Positions 18,376-28,207 of a stretch of 64,000 bases of DNA are shown in pieces. The stretch comes from Candidatus Thorarchaeota archaeon (GTDB taxonomy: Archaea > Asgardarchaeota > Thorarchaeia > Thorarchaeales > Thorarchaeaceae), in contig PRDH01000017.1 in NCBI GenBank assembly GCA_003345545.1, positions 11,923 to 75,922 of the forward strand, written 5' to 3'. A program made the translations under genes and the position numbers. Numbering within the stretch: the first letter of the stretch is position 1; every line of letters starts with the position of its first letter. The notes beneath the pieces were generated by a model. That model saw nothing but the letters and a program-made list of their open reading frames with translations, had not been told where the DNA came from and ran no database searches.

Positions 18376-19341
18376 ATGCCACAGAGATTTAACAAGCTTC
18401 AGAAGAGAATCCTTGATCTGAAACGCAAGAAAAGAGTTCTCATTCTGGCCCACAACTACCAGACACTAGATATTCAGGAAATAGCAGATTTTGTGGGCGA
18501 CTCTCTTCAGCTGGCAAGGAAGTCCGCTGAGTCGAATGCCCACAGCGCCATCCTTTTCGCCGGAGTGCGCTTTATGGCTGAGATGGCAGCAATCCTCTCA
18601 CCTGAAGTTCCAGTCTACATTCCTGATCCCAAGGCACTCTGCCCCCTTGCAGCGTGTCTTGATGCGGAGAAGATACGAGCGAAGAAAAGGGAGTATCCCG
18701 GTGTTCCCGTGGTTGTCTATGTGAATACAACTGCAGAAGCAAAGTTCGAGGCTGACATGATATGTACGTCAGGTAGTGCAGTAGAGGTCGTGGAGTCTCT
18801 CGGAGTTGATACGGTGCTCTTCGGGCCTGATGTCAATCTTGCGGACAATGTGAGAAAGCACACTTCAGTTAGGATTATCGACCTTGATGAAGAGGGCCAT
18901 TGTTATGTGCACAACAAGTTCAATCTCGACATGTTCAAGTCGATGAAGGCAAAGTATCCTGACTCTGTGGCGATAGCTCATCCCGAGTGCCCCATTGAAG
19001 TACAGGATGCCGCAGATATGGTTGGATCCACTGGGATGATGGCAAAGACAGTGGCTGAGTCCGACGCAAAGGTGTTCTTGATTGCCACAGAACTAGGTAT
19101 GGTTCAACAACTGCAGAAGCAGCATCCCAAAAAGAAAATCATTCCTGTGTACGATGCTGCTGTGTGTCGACAGATGAAGAAGCACACTCTGGAAAAAATC
19201 ATCAATGTCCTAGAGAACTTCCCGGAGGGGAACAGAGTCACTGTCCCTGAACAGTACATTCCTCACATCAGAACCATACTGGAGAGAATGAATAAAGTGC
19301 GTGGCCAAGGTCCCACGGCGCCAATAGATGCCCACTTGTGA
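18376..19341 (+). CDS. nadA: Quinolinate synthase
   Basis: LAHNYQ, GDSLQL, YVNT, CTSGSA, CYVH, AHPEC and C-x-x-MK motifs. Confidence 0.95.
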   Translation: MPQRFNKLQKRILDLKRKKRVLILAHNYQTLDIQEIADFVGDSLQLARKSAESNAHSAILFAGVRFMAEMAAILSPEVPVYIPDPKALCPLAACLDAEKIRAKKREYPGVPVVVYVNTTAEAKFEADMICTSGSAVEVVESLGVDTVLFGPDVNLADNVRKHTSVRIIDLDEEGHCYVHNKFNLDMFKSMKAKYPDSVAIAHPECPIEVQDAADMVGSTGMMAKTVAESDAKVFLIATELGMVQQLQKQHPKKKIIPVYDAAVCRQMKKHTLEKIINVLENFPEGNRVTVPEQYIPHIRTILERMNKVRGQGPTAPIDAHL

Positions 19342-19577
19342 GGCTATCCTCTTTTCCGATATAGAATCACTACAATTGCAGTAATGGCGATGATTTCAAT
19401 GGAGAGGAAGAGCCAATCCAGGTTGATTGGCTGTCCCGAACCGTGATACTCTTGTACCGTCGCGCGCATTGACACAGTATCGTCCTGAAACTCTGACACA
19501 TTAAAGTCCCAGATTGCATTCGGCGAGAGGTTTCCCTCATTTGGATCTTTGCTGGCTCAGCAGCATCATACTTCTCG

Positions 19578-19793
19578 ATGCTTCCTGGCATTCTAATTCT
19601 GGCGAATCTTGCTGATATCAGACAGGCAGCAGGATACCAAAGTTGGACCTACTTCATGCCCTATCCAGCTACCGCCATCCTCTTTTTCGCACTCTCACTA
19701 TTGGTCTGGCTATGGCAGGCGTATGAGGATGCACGTGAACCCGAGAAATCGTCCGGGTCAACTCATGATGATGCAGATAAGAAGCAGACTTGA
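19578..19793 (+). CDS. Small membrane protein (uncertain start)
   Basis: Hydrophobic helix and charged tail; fills the gap before a convergent gene. Confidence 0.35.
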   Translation: MLPGILILANLADIRQAAGYQSWTYFMPYPATAILFFALSLLVWLWQAYEDAREPEKSSGSTHDDADKKQT

Positions 19794-19795
19794 CT

Positions 19796-20449
19796 CTATG
19801 CTGCAATGATGTTCCTGACCACTCCTAACAGAGTATGAAGCACAGGTCCTTCGTAGCCTAGGTTCCTGAAATCCTTCGATGTGAACATTCTACTTAGTGC
19901 AATGAACTTGCAGAATCCCTTGGAACGTTCGAAGTCCTTGAGGGAGTCTCCTACGAACACCATCCTGTCAAAGGGTACATCGAAAGTCTTGTGAATGTGA
20001 TTGAAATGATCTGCTCCCTTCTCAAAACCTGGTCTGTATCCTAGTATCGCCTTGAACAGACGCAGAATCCCTCGTCTTCTGAAGTATTCCTCAATGGTTG
20101 GCTGGAACGTAGATGACGAAACAAACACATCAATGCCTTTAGCTCTGATTCTCCTAACAGTGTCAACTGAGTCAGGAAACAACTCTTGTTCGAATATCCG
20201 TTCTATCTTCAAATGCTCAAACTCTTCTATTGCTGCCTGGTTTCTTGAGTCGTCGGGGAAATTCATCTTGACCTGCTGTTCATATGGTAGTCCTGTTGTC
20301 GACCGATATCTGGATGTAGCTTCTTCCTTTGAGATGCCAAAGTACTTCATCATCATTTCAACACCGACGCTCTCGAGGAATGGCATGCTGTCCGCCAATG
20401 TGCCATCAAAATCGAAAACAATAGCGCTGCAGGGTATCCTATCAGGCAT
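19796..20449 (-). CDS. HAD-superfamily hydrolase
   Basis: FDFDGTL, VSS, K and VGDSLKD motifs. Confidence 0.9.
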   Translation of the reverse strand: MPDRIPCSAIVFDFDGTLADSMPFLESVGVEMMMKYFGISKEEATSRYRSTTGLPYEQQVKMNFPDDSRNQAAIEEFEHLKIERIFEQELFPDSVDTVRRIRAKGIDVFVSSSTFQPTIEEYFRRRGILRLFKAILGYRPGFEKGADHFNHIHKTFDVPFDRMVFVGDSLKDFERSKGFCKFIALSRMFTSKDFRNLGYEGPVLHTLLGVVRNIIAA

Positions 20450-20550
20450 GTATAATCACTCGTCACATTCAGTTTTCGAATCCATTCACAGTTCGCTTTA
20501 GACAGTTTTGGTCTGGCTTCAATAGAAGGCTAACAAGAATGTGAAGTGGC

Positions 20551-21234
20551 TTGCCTAACGGGGCACTATCTGCCTTCACCGAAAATGATGGCACCACAAT
20601 CCTTTATCAGCCTCGCATCTACTATTTCGGTATCCGAACATACACGGAGGGAAAAGAACTGTCTGCTCATGATTCAGAGATGCACACTGATGAGAAATCT
20701 GAAATGCTTGATGTGGGCTCGCTCTTCAAGGGGACTGCGACCATTACACTGGTTGCCGAGATAGTTGCCGCCATCATGTTGCTTGGCTCTGCAACCGCTT
20801 ACGTCATTAGTCGTTCAGGGCTCATCGAGGAAATCGAGTTTGATGTTGCTGTCTTTCTTCTGCTTGGTGGAGCCATGATTACTCTGTTCATTTTTCTTGC
20901 AGCAATTGGCTTCTTTGTCCGCTTCAATAGGAAAATCGGCCGATCTGTAATTGGAGATGGTATTGGATCGGTTGACCTCAAGAGTAAGGGTGTCAAGACG
21001 GTCGTCATCATTTACGGTCTTGCTGTGGGTCTAATCCTGATTATCGGAGTGTATGGGTATTGGCTTGTCTACAAGTACTTCTTTGCAGCCATAGCACTGA
21101 CATCTCTGAGCTTTCTGGGGATTTCTCTATCCCTAGGAATCTTAGTCATGTCATTTCTTGTGCAGGTCGTCATCGCGACAATTGGCAGGACTGCGACTAC
21201 AATTATCAGAAAGGTCCTTGCTGAAGATATGTAG
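20551..21234 (+). CDS. Four-TM membrane protein (true start may be later, e.g. ATG 20680)
   Basis: Four hydrophobic segments. Confidence 0.7.
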   Translation: MPNGALSAFTENDGTTILYQPRIYYFGIRTYTEGKELSAHDSEMHTDEKSEMLDVGSLFKGTATITLVAEIVAAIMLLGSATAYVISRSGLIEEIEFDVAVFLLLGGAMITLFIFLAAIGFFVRFNRKIGRSVIGDGIGSVDLKSKGVKTVVIIYGLAVGLILIIGVYGYWLVYKYFFAAIALTSLSFLGISLSLGILVMSFLVQVVIATIGRTATTIIRKVLAEDM

Positions 21235-21297
21235 ACTCTCGCCTAGTGTGAGAGGCCTCTTGATGCTTCAAGAACCATCCAAACTGCATGATGCACA

Positions 21298-21540
21298 TTA
21301 GTAATTACCATATTCGCCCAAGACTTGGACCTTGATGATGCACTCGAGATTGACGAACTCGTCCGGTTCCTTGCTTTCAGCGTGTTTGATGGCGACTATT
21401 TCCTTTCCGACGAATGCTATACGTCCCTCTGCCACTATCATCATGCCTGGTCCATAGAATCGAAGGCGCTCTCCGGTCTTTGATGCGTTTTGCAAGATGC
21501 TCCTGAGAGTATAGTCCTTCTGTATGTCAGACATGTGCAT
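21298..21540 (-). CDS. Small protein with probable Sm/Hfq-like beta-barrel fold
   Basis: Helix followed by GERLRFY..AEGRIAFVG..VAI..EFVNLECIIKVQV, an Sm1/Sm2-like pattern. Confidence 0.55.
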   Translation of the reverse strand: MHMSDIQKDYTLRSILQNASKTGERLRFYGPGMMIVAEGRIAFVGKEIVAIKHAESKEPDEFVNLECIIKVQVLGEYGNY

Positions 21541-21713
21541 ACCTGTTGCAGTTGATGGAAATAAGTCTTAGCAAAAAGTGGTGCTGGCAAGAATGAGGGA
21601 GTATGAATGGATATAGCGGGCGTTGTCGACACACTCGGTTGTTCTTTGCGCATGTATACATCGCCCTCAACGTTCAGCAAGGATATGCTCTCTGCTTTAC
21701 AGTTGACCAATCA

Positions 21714-22598
21714 TCAGCGCTTCATCGTATACAGAACAATGATGAGAATCAGTCCTATTACCGAGACTGCTACAATGCCAATAGGCATATAATTCGGATA
21801 GTCGTTGGGGAATCCTGAGCTCGGTGTCGATGGTGTTGGTCTTGGCCATGGAGTATGTTCCGAACTCTGAAGGGTAATTGAAACCGCGTCGCTTTCAAAC
21901 TCGCTAATCTGGAAATCCCAAGTTGCAGTTATGACTATGTCGTCTGTACAAATCGTTAGATGCGATTCAGGATAGAACTGCCTGCCCAAGAATGGAACGT
22001 ACTCGATGATGTTGACCGTGATCTTCTGATGTGTATCGCCAAAGAAGGTTCGAGCGCTTCCGACGATGTAATCCAAATAGCAGTAGTTAGCATGCTCATA
22101 TATCTCTCCCCAAGCAGTGACCCCTACTAGTATGGTTGTATTGGCCTGTATTGTAGTCCCGAACACGGCATAACACGAACTAGTATACCAATCTTGATGA
22201 TATTCGGATGTACTATTGTCTAGATCCCATCCCAATTCTTCCCAGTCTAGGACTGTGTAGTTGGCAAGAGTCCCATTGAGGCTGATTAGCATATCAGACC
22301 AAATCGAGTGAAATCTCTCTTCAGGGAATACAAACGCAAGGGTGGAATTCTGCGTGACATTGGTCCGAATAGTGAATAGACATGTAATGTTCACAAAGCA
22401 CCCAAATTCATTTCTCGTGATGTTTATCTCAACATTGGCTTCAGGCATCATGAGAAAAGTGCCATTGTGAAACGTTCCGTTCGCACGTACATCCGTCCAG
22501 CTTGCCACATCGGCCACACACGTATTCGGATTTTCAAGAAGAGCGCATGTAACGAACAAGAGACTGATGATAATCAAGACACCCTTTTCTTGCCTCAT
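21714..22598 (-). CDS. Secreted, membrane-anchored cell-surface glycoprotein
   Basis: Signal peptide from ATG 22598; many N-x-S/T sequons; Pro/Thr/Ser linker; C-terminal TM followed by KR. Confidence 0.7.
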   Translation of the reverse strand: MRQEKGVLIIISLLFVTCALLENPNTCVADVASWTDVRANGTFHNGTFLMMPEANVEINITRNEFGCFVNITCLFTIRTNVTQNSTLAFVFPEERFHSIWSDMLISLNGTLANYTVLDWEELGWDLDNSTSEYHQDWYTSSCYAVFGTTIQANTTILVGVTAWGEIYEHANYCYLDYIVGSARTFFGDTHQKITVNIIEYVPFLGRQFYPESHLTICTDDIVITATWDFQISEFESDAVSITLQSSEHTPWPRPTPSTPSSGFPNDYPNYMPIGIVAVSVIGLILIIVLYTMKR

Positions 22599-22750
22599 TG
22601 ACCTCTCGCCTCTCCTCCTACATGAGTGATGCGCCCCTCGGTTCTTCGTCTTTCTGCTCCAATGCATCCCACATACAGCTTCTTGGATTTCCGAGTTGTA
22701 CATACCTATTCTTCTCCGTGAATATAAGCATTGGTTTCAAATGAGTCTTG

Positions 22751-22789
22751 AGAAAAAGAAGTAGAGAGTAGGACCCTCTAGAGTCCTAC
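22751..22789 (-). terminator. Hairpin followed by a pyrimidine/U tract downstream of kbl
   Basis: GTAGGAC-N8-GTCCTAC (22768-22789), followed on the minus strand by TCTCTACTTCTTTTTCT. Confidence 0.55.
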
Positions 22790-22800
22790 GTCATTGTTTA

Positions 22801-23988
22801 CTAAATGATAGTGAGTTTCTTGCCGACCTTCTCATAGGCTGCCAGAGCAGTATCCAGCTGTGCCTTGGTCAGACCAGAGTTCATCATGTTCCTGATCCGT
22901 GCCTTATCACGGGCAACCATCGGGAAGACGATTGGCAAGGCAAGAATCCCCTGCTTGAAGAGACCGTCACTGAGGGCTACCGCCTTTGCGCTCTCACTGC
23001 ACATTGCTGGAACGATAGGTGTCTGACTGCGACCTGTATCAAAGCCCATCTGTTGGAGGCCCTTTACGAAGTACTCTCTATTCTTCCAGAGGGTCTTCAC
23101 ATGCCTCTCTTCAGTTTCAAGGACATCAATAGCAGCAATACAAGCAGCTGCAGTCGCAGGTGGGTGCGATGCGCTGAGAAGCCATGATCGGCTCTTGTTC
23201 AAAGCATAATTCACCATGTCGCGACTACCTGAGACGTGGCCTCCCATGACTCCAAACGCCTTGGAGAAGGTGCCCATCTCAAAATGAACATCATTGTGTG
23301 TCAGGTTGAAGTGAGACACAATACCCCTTCCGCCCTTGCCGAGAACCGCTTCGCCATGTGCATCGTCCACGTATATCATTGCACCGTAGGGCTTTGCAGC
23401 CTTTACGATTCCATCGAGGGGAGCTATGTCTCCGTCCATCGAGAAGACTCCGTCGGTGATGATGAGCACCTTCTTTGGATTCTTCTTCTCTACCTCGACG
23501 AGAACTCTCTCAAGGTCTGCTACATCAGTGTGCTTGTAGACATAGCGATCAGCCTTGGTGAGTCGAACTCCATCGATAATAGAGCCATGATTAAGCTCAT
23601 CAGATATGATTGCGTCACCTTGGTCGACAAGCTGCGGGATGAGACCTTCGTTTGTTGTAAAGCCTGCGCTATATGTGAGAGAGGCTTCAGCACCCTTGAA
23701 CTTTGCGAGGCGTCTCTCCAGCTCCAAGTGCAAGTCCATGGTTCCAGCGATGGCACGTACAGAGCCTGAGCCTACACCATGTGTCCTGATAGCAGCCACT
23801 GCTGCCCTCTTCAGCTTTGGGTGATTGCTGAGGTTCAGGTAGTTGTTGGAGCAAAGCATGATGACCTCTTTGCCATCCATCTTTGCTGTCGGGGCGCTTG
23901 GTCCCTGCAGTTCTCTGATTCTCCAGTTCAAATTCTGCTCGACGAGTTTGTCGTATTCCTCACGCATCCAGCCGGTTGGGTCTCTCAT
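22801..23988 (-). CDS. kbl: Glycine C-acetyltransferase (2-amino-3-ketobutyrate CoA ligase), AONS/class II PLP family
   Basis: CSNNYL, SDELNHGSIIDG, TDGVFSMDGD, DDAHG, GTFSKA and ARIR motifs. Confidence 0.85.
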   Translation of the reverse strand: MRDPTGWMREEYDKLVEQNLNWRIRELQGPSAPTAKMDGKEVIMLCSNNYLNLSNHPKLKRAAVAAIRTHGVGSGSVRAIAGTMDLHLELERRLAKFKGAEASLTYSAGFTTNEGLIPQLVDQGDAIISDELNHGSIIDGVRLTKADRYVYKHTDVADLERVLVEVEKKNPKKVLIITDGVFSMDGDIAPLDGIVKAAKPYGAMIYVDDAHGEAVLGKGGRGIVSHFNLTHNDVHFEMGTFSKAFGVMGGHVSGSRDMVNYALNKSRSWLLSASHPPATAAACIAAIDVLETEERHVKTLWKNREYFVKGLQQMGFDTGRSQTPIVPAMCSESAKAVALSDGLFKQGILALPIVFPMVARDKARIRNMMNSGLTKAQLDTALAAYEKVGKKLTII

Positions 23989-24117
23989 CTATCTCACCAT
24001 ACTTCCGAAAAACGGTCGTTGTGCGCCAGTATTGCAGGCGCATGTAGATGACGGCGCGAATTATTCCCTATATATGGGCTTCGCTGGTGACCTTTGTGCT
24101 GGATTGAATGACACTCG

Positions 24118-24744
24118 CTATCCCTTGAGTATCTCAGTTTCCGCAAACGATGACAGTCCTGCGCTCTTGGGATTTAAGCTGAACAGTGCTTTAGCATATT
24201 GAATTGCGTAAGGAAGAACATCTGCCGCTTCAAGCAAATGCTTTCGATCCACAGGCTGGGGATGCCATACTGAAATTGGAGCCCACACATCCTCCTTTAA
24301 GGTGTCCTTCAGTTCTGATTCTTGCTCAGGACTAAGGCTCATGTTTTTGCTGAAGAACTCGAAATCGACTGTCTTCTTCAGTTTGACAAAGAGAACCATG
24401 GGGAGCCTCTTCTTTGAACCAGTGACTTCAGTAACGTAAGAGCGACACGCTAGGAGCTCTCCCTTGAAAGGTGCTTCACTGCCTGCGTCTCTCAGTTTTG
24501 CATCCACTATCTTTCCCTGCCTTATCTCTCCCAGTAATTCACTCGATTTGGACTCCTTGCTCCAGTTCTTGTAGTCGTTCTGGGATATCCAAGACTCCCT
24601 CCACTGCCTTATCTGTTGCATCTCAAACGGTATGCAGGACTCTAGGAGTACCTCTTCTCTCGCCTTCCCAAGCGGTTCCACGAACAGTCTGAATCTCATG
24701 CGCTCACTGGCCCTGTGAATTGGAATCCATTGGTGCTTTCTCAT
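24118..24744 (-). CDS. Hypothetical protein (start may be ATG 24699)
   Basis: About 200-aa ORF with no competing gene; no recognised motif. Confidence 0.6.
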   Translation of the reverse strand: MRKHQWIPIHRASERMRFRLFVEPLGKAREEVLLESCIPFEMQQIRQWRESWISQNDYKNWSKESKSSELLGEIRQGKIVDAKLRDAGSEAPFKGELLACRSYVTEVTGSKKRLPMVLFVKLKKTVDFEFFSKNMSLSPEQESELKDTLKEDVWAPISVWHPQPVDRKHLLEAADVLPYAIQYAKALFSLNPKSAGLSSFAETEILKG

Positions 24745-24863
24745 GACAGAAGATAAGTATTGCTGGATAAACGTCGCGTTCCTGCGCGTGCGCTCATGGA
24801 TGCGCTATCCTGCGACATCGAAGGTCATGCATAAGTGGACTGGTATGATTTCAGAGGAATTGC

Positions 24864-25352
24864 CTACAATTCGATCAAGCACTTCTCGAAGTCTTGGACA
24901 GAGTATTTCTTTCCCCTCCTGAGTATCCTATGCCCCTCGCTCTCAAGTAGAGCTTTATGAGCTTCAAGGCCTCCAGGAAATTTCTCATTCAAGAAGCCGT
25001 CAGCCTTCAGGGTACGCCAGTATGGTATGTCGAGATCTCTTCCTTCCCTTTTGGCCTCTTCCGTAGCATTTGCCGCAATCGTGATAAAAATGCCAGCGGT
25101 CAATGAACAGCATCCCTCGACACTGAAATCGCGTGCAATCTTCATACAGATCTCTCTAATGGTTACTAGTTTTCCTCTCGGGACTGACTTCATCAATTGA
25201 ACGACGTGGCTTGGATTGACCAAGACAACATCGTCACCTTCTTCAACGTTCATCTTTTGAAGAGCGTTGTAGCATGGAAAGTTCTTGTCCAATCTCAGTA
25301 CTTTTGGATATCCCTCTTTGTCAACCATCTTTTCCTGCCATGTCTTCTTCAT
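24864..25352 (-). CDS. MGMT/alkyltransferase-like DNA-binding protein
   Basis: VPRGKLVT HTH start; IPYWRT in place of PCHR; KALLESEG. Confidence 0.75.
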   Translation of the reverse strand: MKKTWQEKMVDKEGYPKVLRLDKNFPCYNALQKMNVEEGDDVVLVNPSHVVQLMKSVPRGKLVTIREICMKIARDFSVEGCCSLTAGIFITIAANATEEAKREGRDLDIPYWRTLKADGFLNEKFPGGLEAHKALLESEGHRILRRGKKYSVQDFEKCLIEL

Positions 25353-25646
25353 AGTTGTTGCTTCCTCACGATCGACCTAGGGCAACTAGCAGGCCGGGCG
25401 CTTAAAAACAGCAATCGTGAGTTCATCCGGGAACGAAGGTTCCCACAGTTGCCAGTGTAGAGTGTGATTTGTGCCCCATTAGTTGTTTGACCGAACTGGG
25501 CAACGACAAGGGAGGAATGAATCTTTATTAATCTCACAACCGAACCGAAATGAATAGTGATTCATGGTTTCCTACCCTCAAAGGGGCATCAAACCGACTT
25601 AGTGAAAAGGGACTCTGAAGTCCGATAACTAGCTTCTGGGATTACC

Positions 25647-26342
25647 ATGGTCGAAAAAGCACGCATTCGTCAGGCTAGCATGAGTGATGTAGCAGAAATC
25701 ATACACGTAGAAAACGAAACATGGCCACTGGGGGAAGCCGCGACCGAGGAGATGTTTCGATCCAGGATAGAGGTCTTCCCTCAGGGTGTCTTTGTTGCTG
25801 AATATCAGGGACGACTAGTTGGAGTGGTTGCATTTCAGCGCATGCACTACAACTTGGATACTCCTATCTCTACATGGAGGGAGGCTACAGATAATGGCAT
25901 GACAAGAGCTTCCCACAACCCTGAGGGAGAAACAATATTCGGAATCGACCTTAGCGCTACACCCCTTGCCCCTCCAAAAACAGGTACAAGACTGTTGGCC
26001 GAAGTAGGAAGATATGCCATCTACCACAACTTGAAACGTGGAATACTCGGCGGCAGGATTCCGAACTACCGACAGTATTCGAACAGGATGACGCCAGAGG
26101 AGTACCTGGAGGCAAGGTATGCCAGAGGAGAACCTCTTGATCCGGAAGTACGTTTCTACAAGCGTGCGGGTCTCAAGATAGGGAGAGTGATTCCAGGATA
26201 CTTCGATGACCCTGATAGTCTGAGTTATGGAGTGCTTCTGATATGGGAGAATCCCTTCTATGTTAAGAATCGTGTCTTAGTTGCACTTGTGAAACCTTTC
26301 GCGATTCTGGGATTCCACATCTACTTGAGAATCAAGATGTAG
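25647..26342 (+). CDS. GNAT family acetyltransferase (YkwB-like)
   Basis: FPQGVFVAE, TDNG..HNPEG, GGRIPNY, DPEVRF and WENP motifs. Confidence 0.8.
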   Translation: MVEKARIRQASMSDVAEIIHVENETWPLGEAATEEMFRSRIEVFPQGVFVAEYQGRLVGVVAFQRMHYNLDTPISTWREATDNGMTRASHNPEGETIFGIDLSATPLAPPKTGTRLLAEVGRYAIYHNLKRGILGGRIPNYRQYSNRMTPEEYLEARYARGEPLDPEVRFYKRAGLKIGRVIPGYFDDPDSLSYGVLLIWENPFYVKNRVLVALVKPFAILGFHIYLRIKM

Positions 26343-26354
26343 CCCGGCAAGCCT

Positions 26355-27206
26355 CTACTGATGTTTGATGAATGTTCCGTTCCGATATTCGCGAAAAGCC
26401 TGTTCTAGCTCCTCCTGAGTGTTCATGACAATCGGACCGTACCACGCTATTGGCTCACCTATGGGCTTGCCAGATATCAGTAGGAACCGTAGCTGGCAGT
26501 CTTCTGAAGAAACAACGATTTCATCGCCGTCCCCGAAGATTACAAGATGGTCTGATTGAATGATCCTCTCCGTGTCTTCACTGAAATGGCCCTTGCCTTC
26601 AAAGATGTAAACAAACACTGTGTGACCACGCTTTGTGGGATGTCTGAACTCAGTATTTGGCGGCAGTGTAACATCCAAGTATTCTGGTTGAGTGACAATC
26701 TCATGAACTGGACCCACTGTTCCTTCTAGCTCGCCGCAGATGATTTTGACTGAAGCTCCCTTCTTGGTTGTGACCTCTGGAATATCTGCTTCTTTGATTT
26801 CTCTGTAGCGAGGTTTCATCATCTTATGACGACTGGGCAGGTTTGCCCAGAGCTGGAATCCTCTCATAGCTCCGTCCACACCTTTAGGCATCTCTTGATG
26901 GATAATCCCGCTTCCTGCTGTCATCCACTGACAGTCCCCAGACTCAATTGTCCCGCCATTGCCCATACTGTCCTCATGATTTACTTTTCCCTCCAGCATG
27001 TATGTAATTGTTTCAATACCTCTGTGCGGGTGCCACGGGAAACCAGCTATGTAGTCATTCGGATTATCTGAACCAAAAAAATCAAGCAGGAGAAAGGGAT
27101 CTGTGAGTTGGGTTTCTCGGTTGCTGAAAACTCGTTGCAGTCGAACTCCTGCTCCGTCGGTTGTTGTTCTGCTCTGCAAGATTGTCTTCACTTGTCGAAC
27201 TTTCAT
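26355..27206 (-). CDS. Pirin family protein
   Basis: DPFLLLD, GFPWHPHRGIETITY, WMTAGSGIIHQE and GPIVMNT. Confidence 0.95.
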   Translation of the reverse strand: MKVRQVKTILQSRTTTDGAGVRLQRVFSNRETQLTDPFLLLDFFGSDNPNDYIAGFPWHPHRGIETITYMLEGKVNHEDSMGNGGTIESGDCQWMTAGSGIIHQEMPKGVDGAMRGFQLWANLPSRHKMMKPRYREIKEADIPEVTTKKGASVKIICGELEGTVGPVHEIVTQPEYLDVTLPPNTEFRHPTKRGHTVFVYIFEGKGHFSEDTERIIQSDHLVIFGDGDEIVVSSEDCQLRFLLISGKPIGEPIAWYGPIVMNTQEELEQAFREYRNGTFIKHQ

Positions 27207-27564
27207 ACTCTTTCGAATCTCCGAGTAGGGTCAGAATCTGTAATGAGCTGCGACGCCTGTTTTAAGGCTTCCAACACCGGCAAAAATAAGATGGCCACAC
27301 AGCATCGGTTTTAGTATGGCGTGAATCTTGATTCTTATATTCATTCGCGAGCATTATGCCTCAGGTTGTTCTCGACCTCAAGTGGGTCATCCTGGAAGTA
27401 TCTTAAGAAGCCCGCTATCTCTCTCACTGAGGTCCGGGGTCGCCGATTTCCGGACCTCTGTGAATTCAACAATGTCTCAAATGGCTTTTCCAGACTCTGC
27501 CATCTACCAATCGTAATGCATAACAAGCCCCTTTGACTGTGCAATTCTCCCTCAAAGGCTTGGT

Positions 27565-28143
27565 GTGAAGAGCATGTACTATGGCGACTTGGTCTGTCTA
27601 AGAGCTGTGGAAGCATCAGATGTAGACAACCTAATAGAGTATTACAATCTGCTTGAGCTACGCAGATTCCTTGGTGTGCCACTTCCTGTGTCGAGAAACT
27701 ATCTGGAGCAGTGGCTAGCCAAACGTGGCGACTCTGACCCCTGGGCAGACGGTCTGCTGGAGCTGTCAATAACTGACAAACAGACCCGAGAGTCCATTGG
27801 TCTGATTCATCTTGAGCATATTATCAAACCCCATAATAGAGCAGAGTTCGGTATCTCTATTCACAATCCAGACCACTTGTCTCATGGGTATGGTACTGAT
27901 GCCATACGAGTGATTCTCTGGGTTGCCTTCAATATACTGGGTCTTCATAGTATCTACTTGGATACAATGGCTGACAATGAGAGAGCAATCCATGTCTACG
28001 AGAAGGTTGGCTTCAAACGTGTTGGCATCCTCCGTGAGAGCGAATTCCTAGACGGTGACTTCAAGGAGTTGCTGTATATGGACATCCTCCGTGATGACTT
28101 CGCCAGAGCGAATCCGGGATTCAGTGTCAGAACCAGACCTTGA
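27565..28143 (+). CDS. RimJ/RimL-type GNAT acetyltransferase
   Basis: AEFGISI, HGYGTDA and NERAIHVYEKVGF. Confidence 0.85.
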   Translation: MKSMYYGDLVCLRAVEASDVDNLIEYYNLLELRRFLGVPLPVSRNYLEQWLAKRGDSDPWADGLLELSITDKQTRESIGLIHLEHIIKPHNRAEFGISIHNPDHLSHGYGTDAIRVILWVAFNILGLHSIYLDTMADNERAIHVYEKVGFKRVGILRESEFLDGDFKELLYMDILRDDFARANPGFSVRTRP

Positions 28144-28207
28144 CCGGGCACTGTAGGACTTGAGCACACGCAGAACTGCGTCAGCTACATGCTGTTCTCT
28201 ACTTCAT

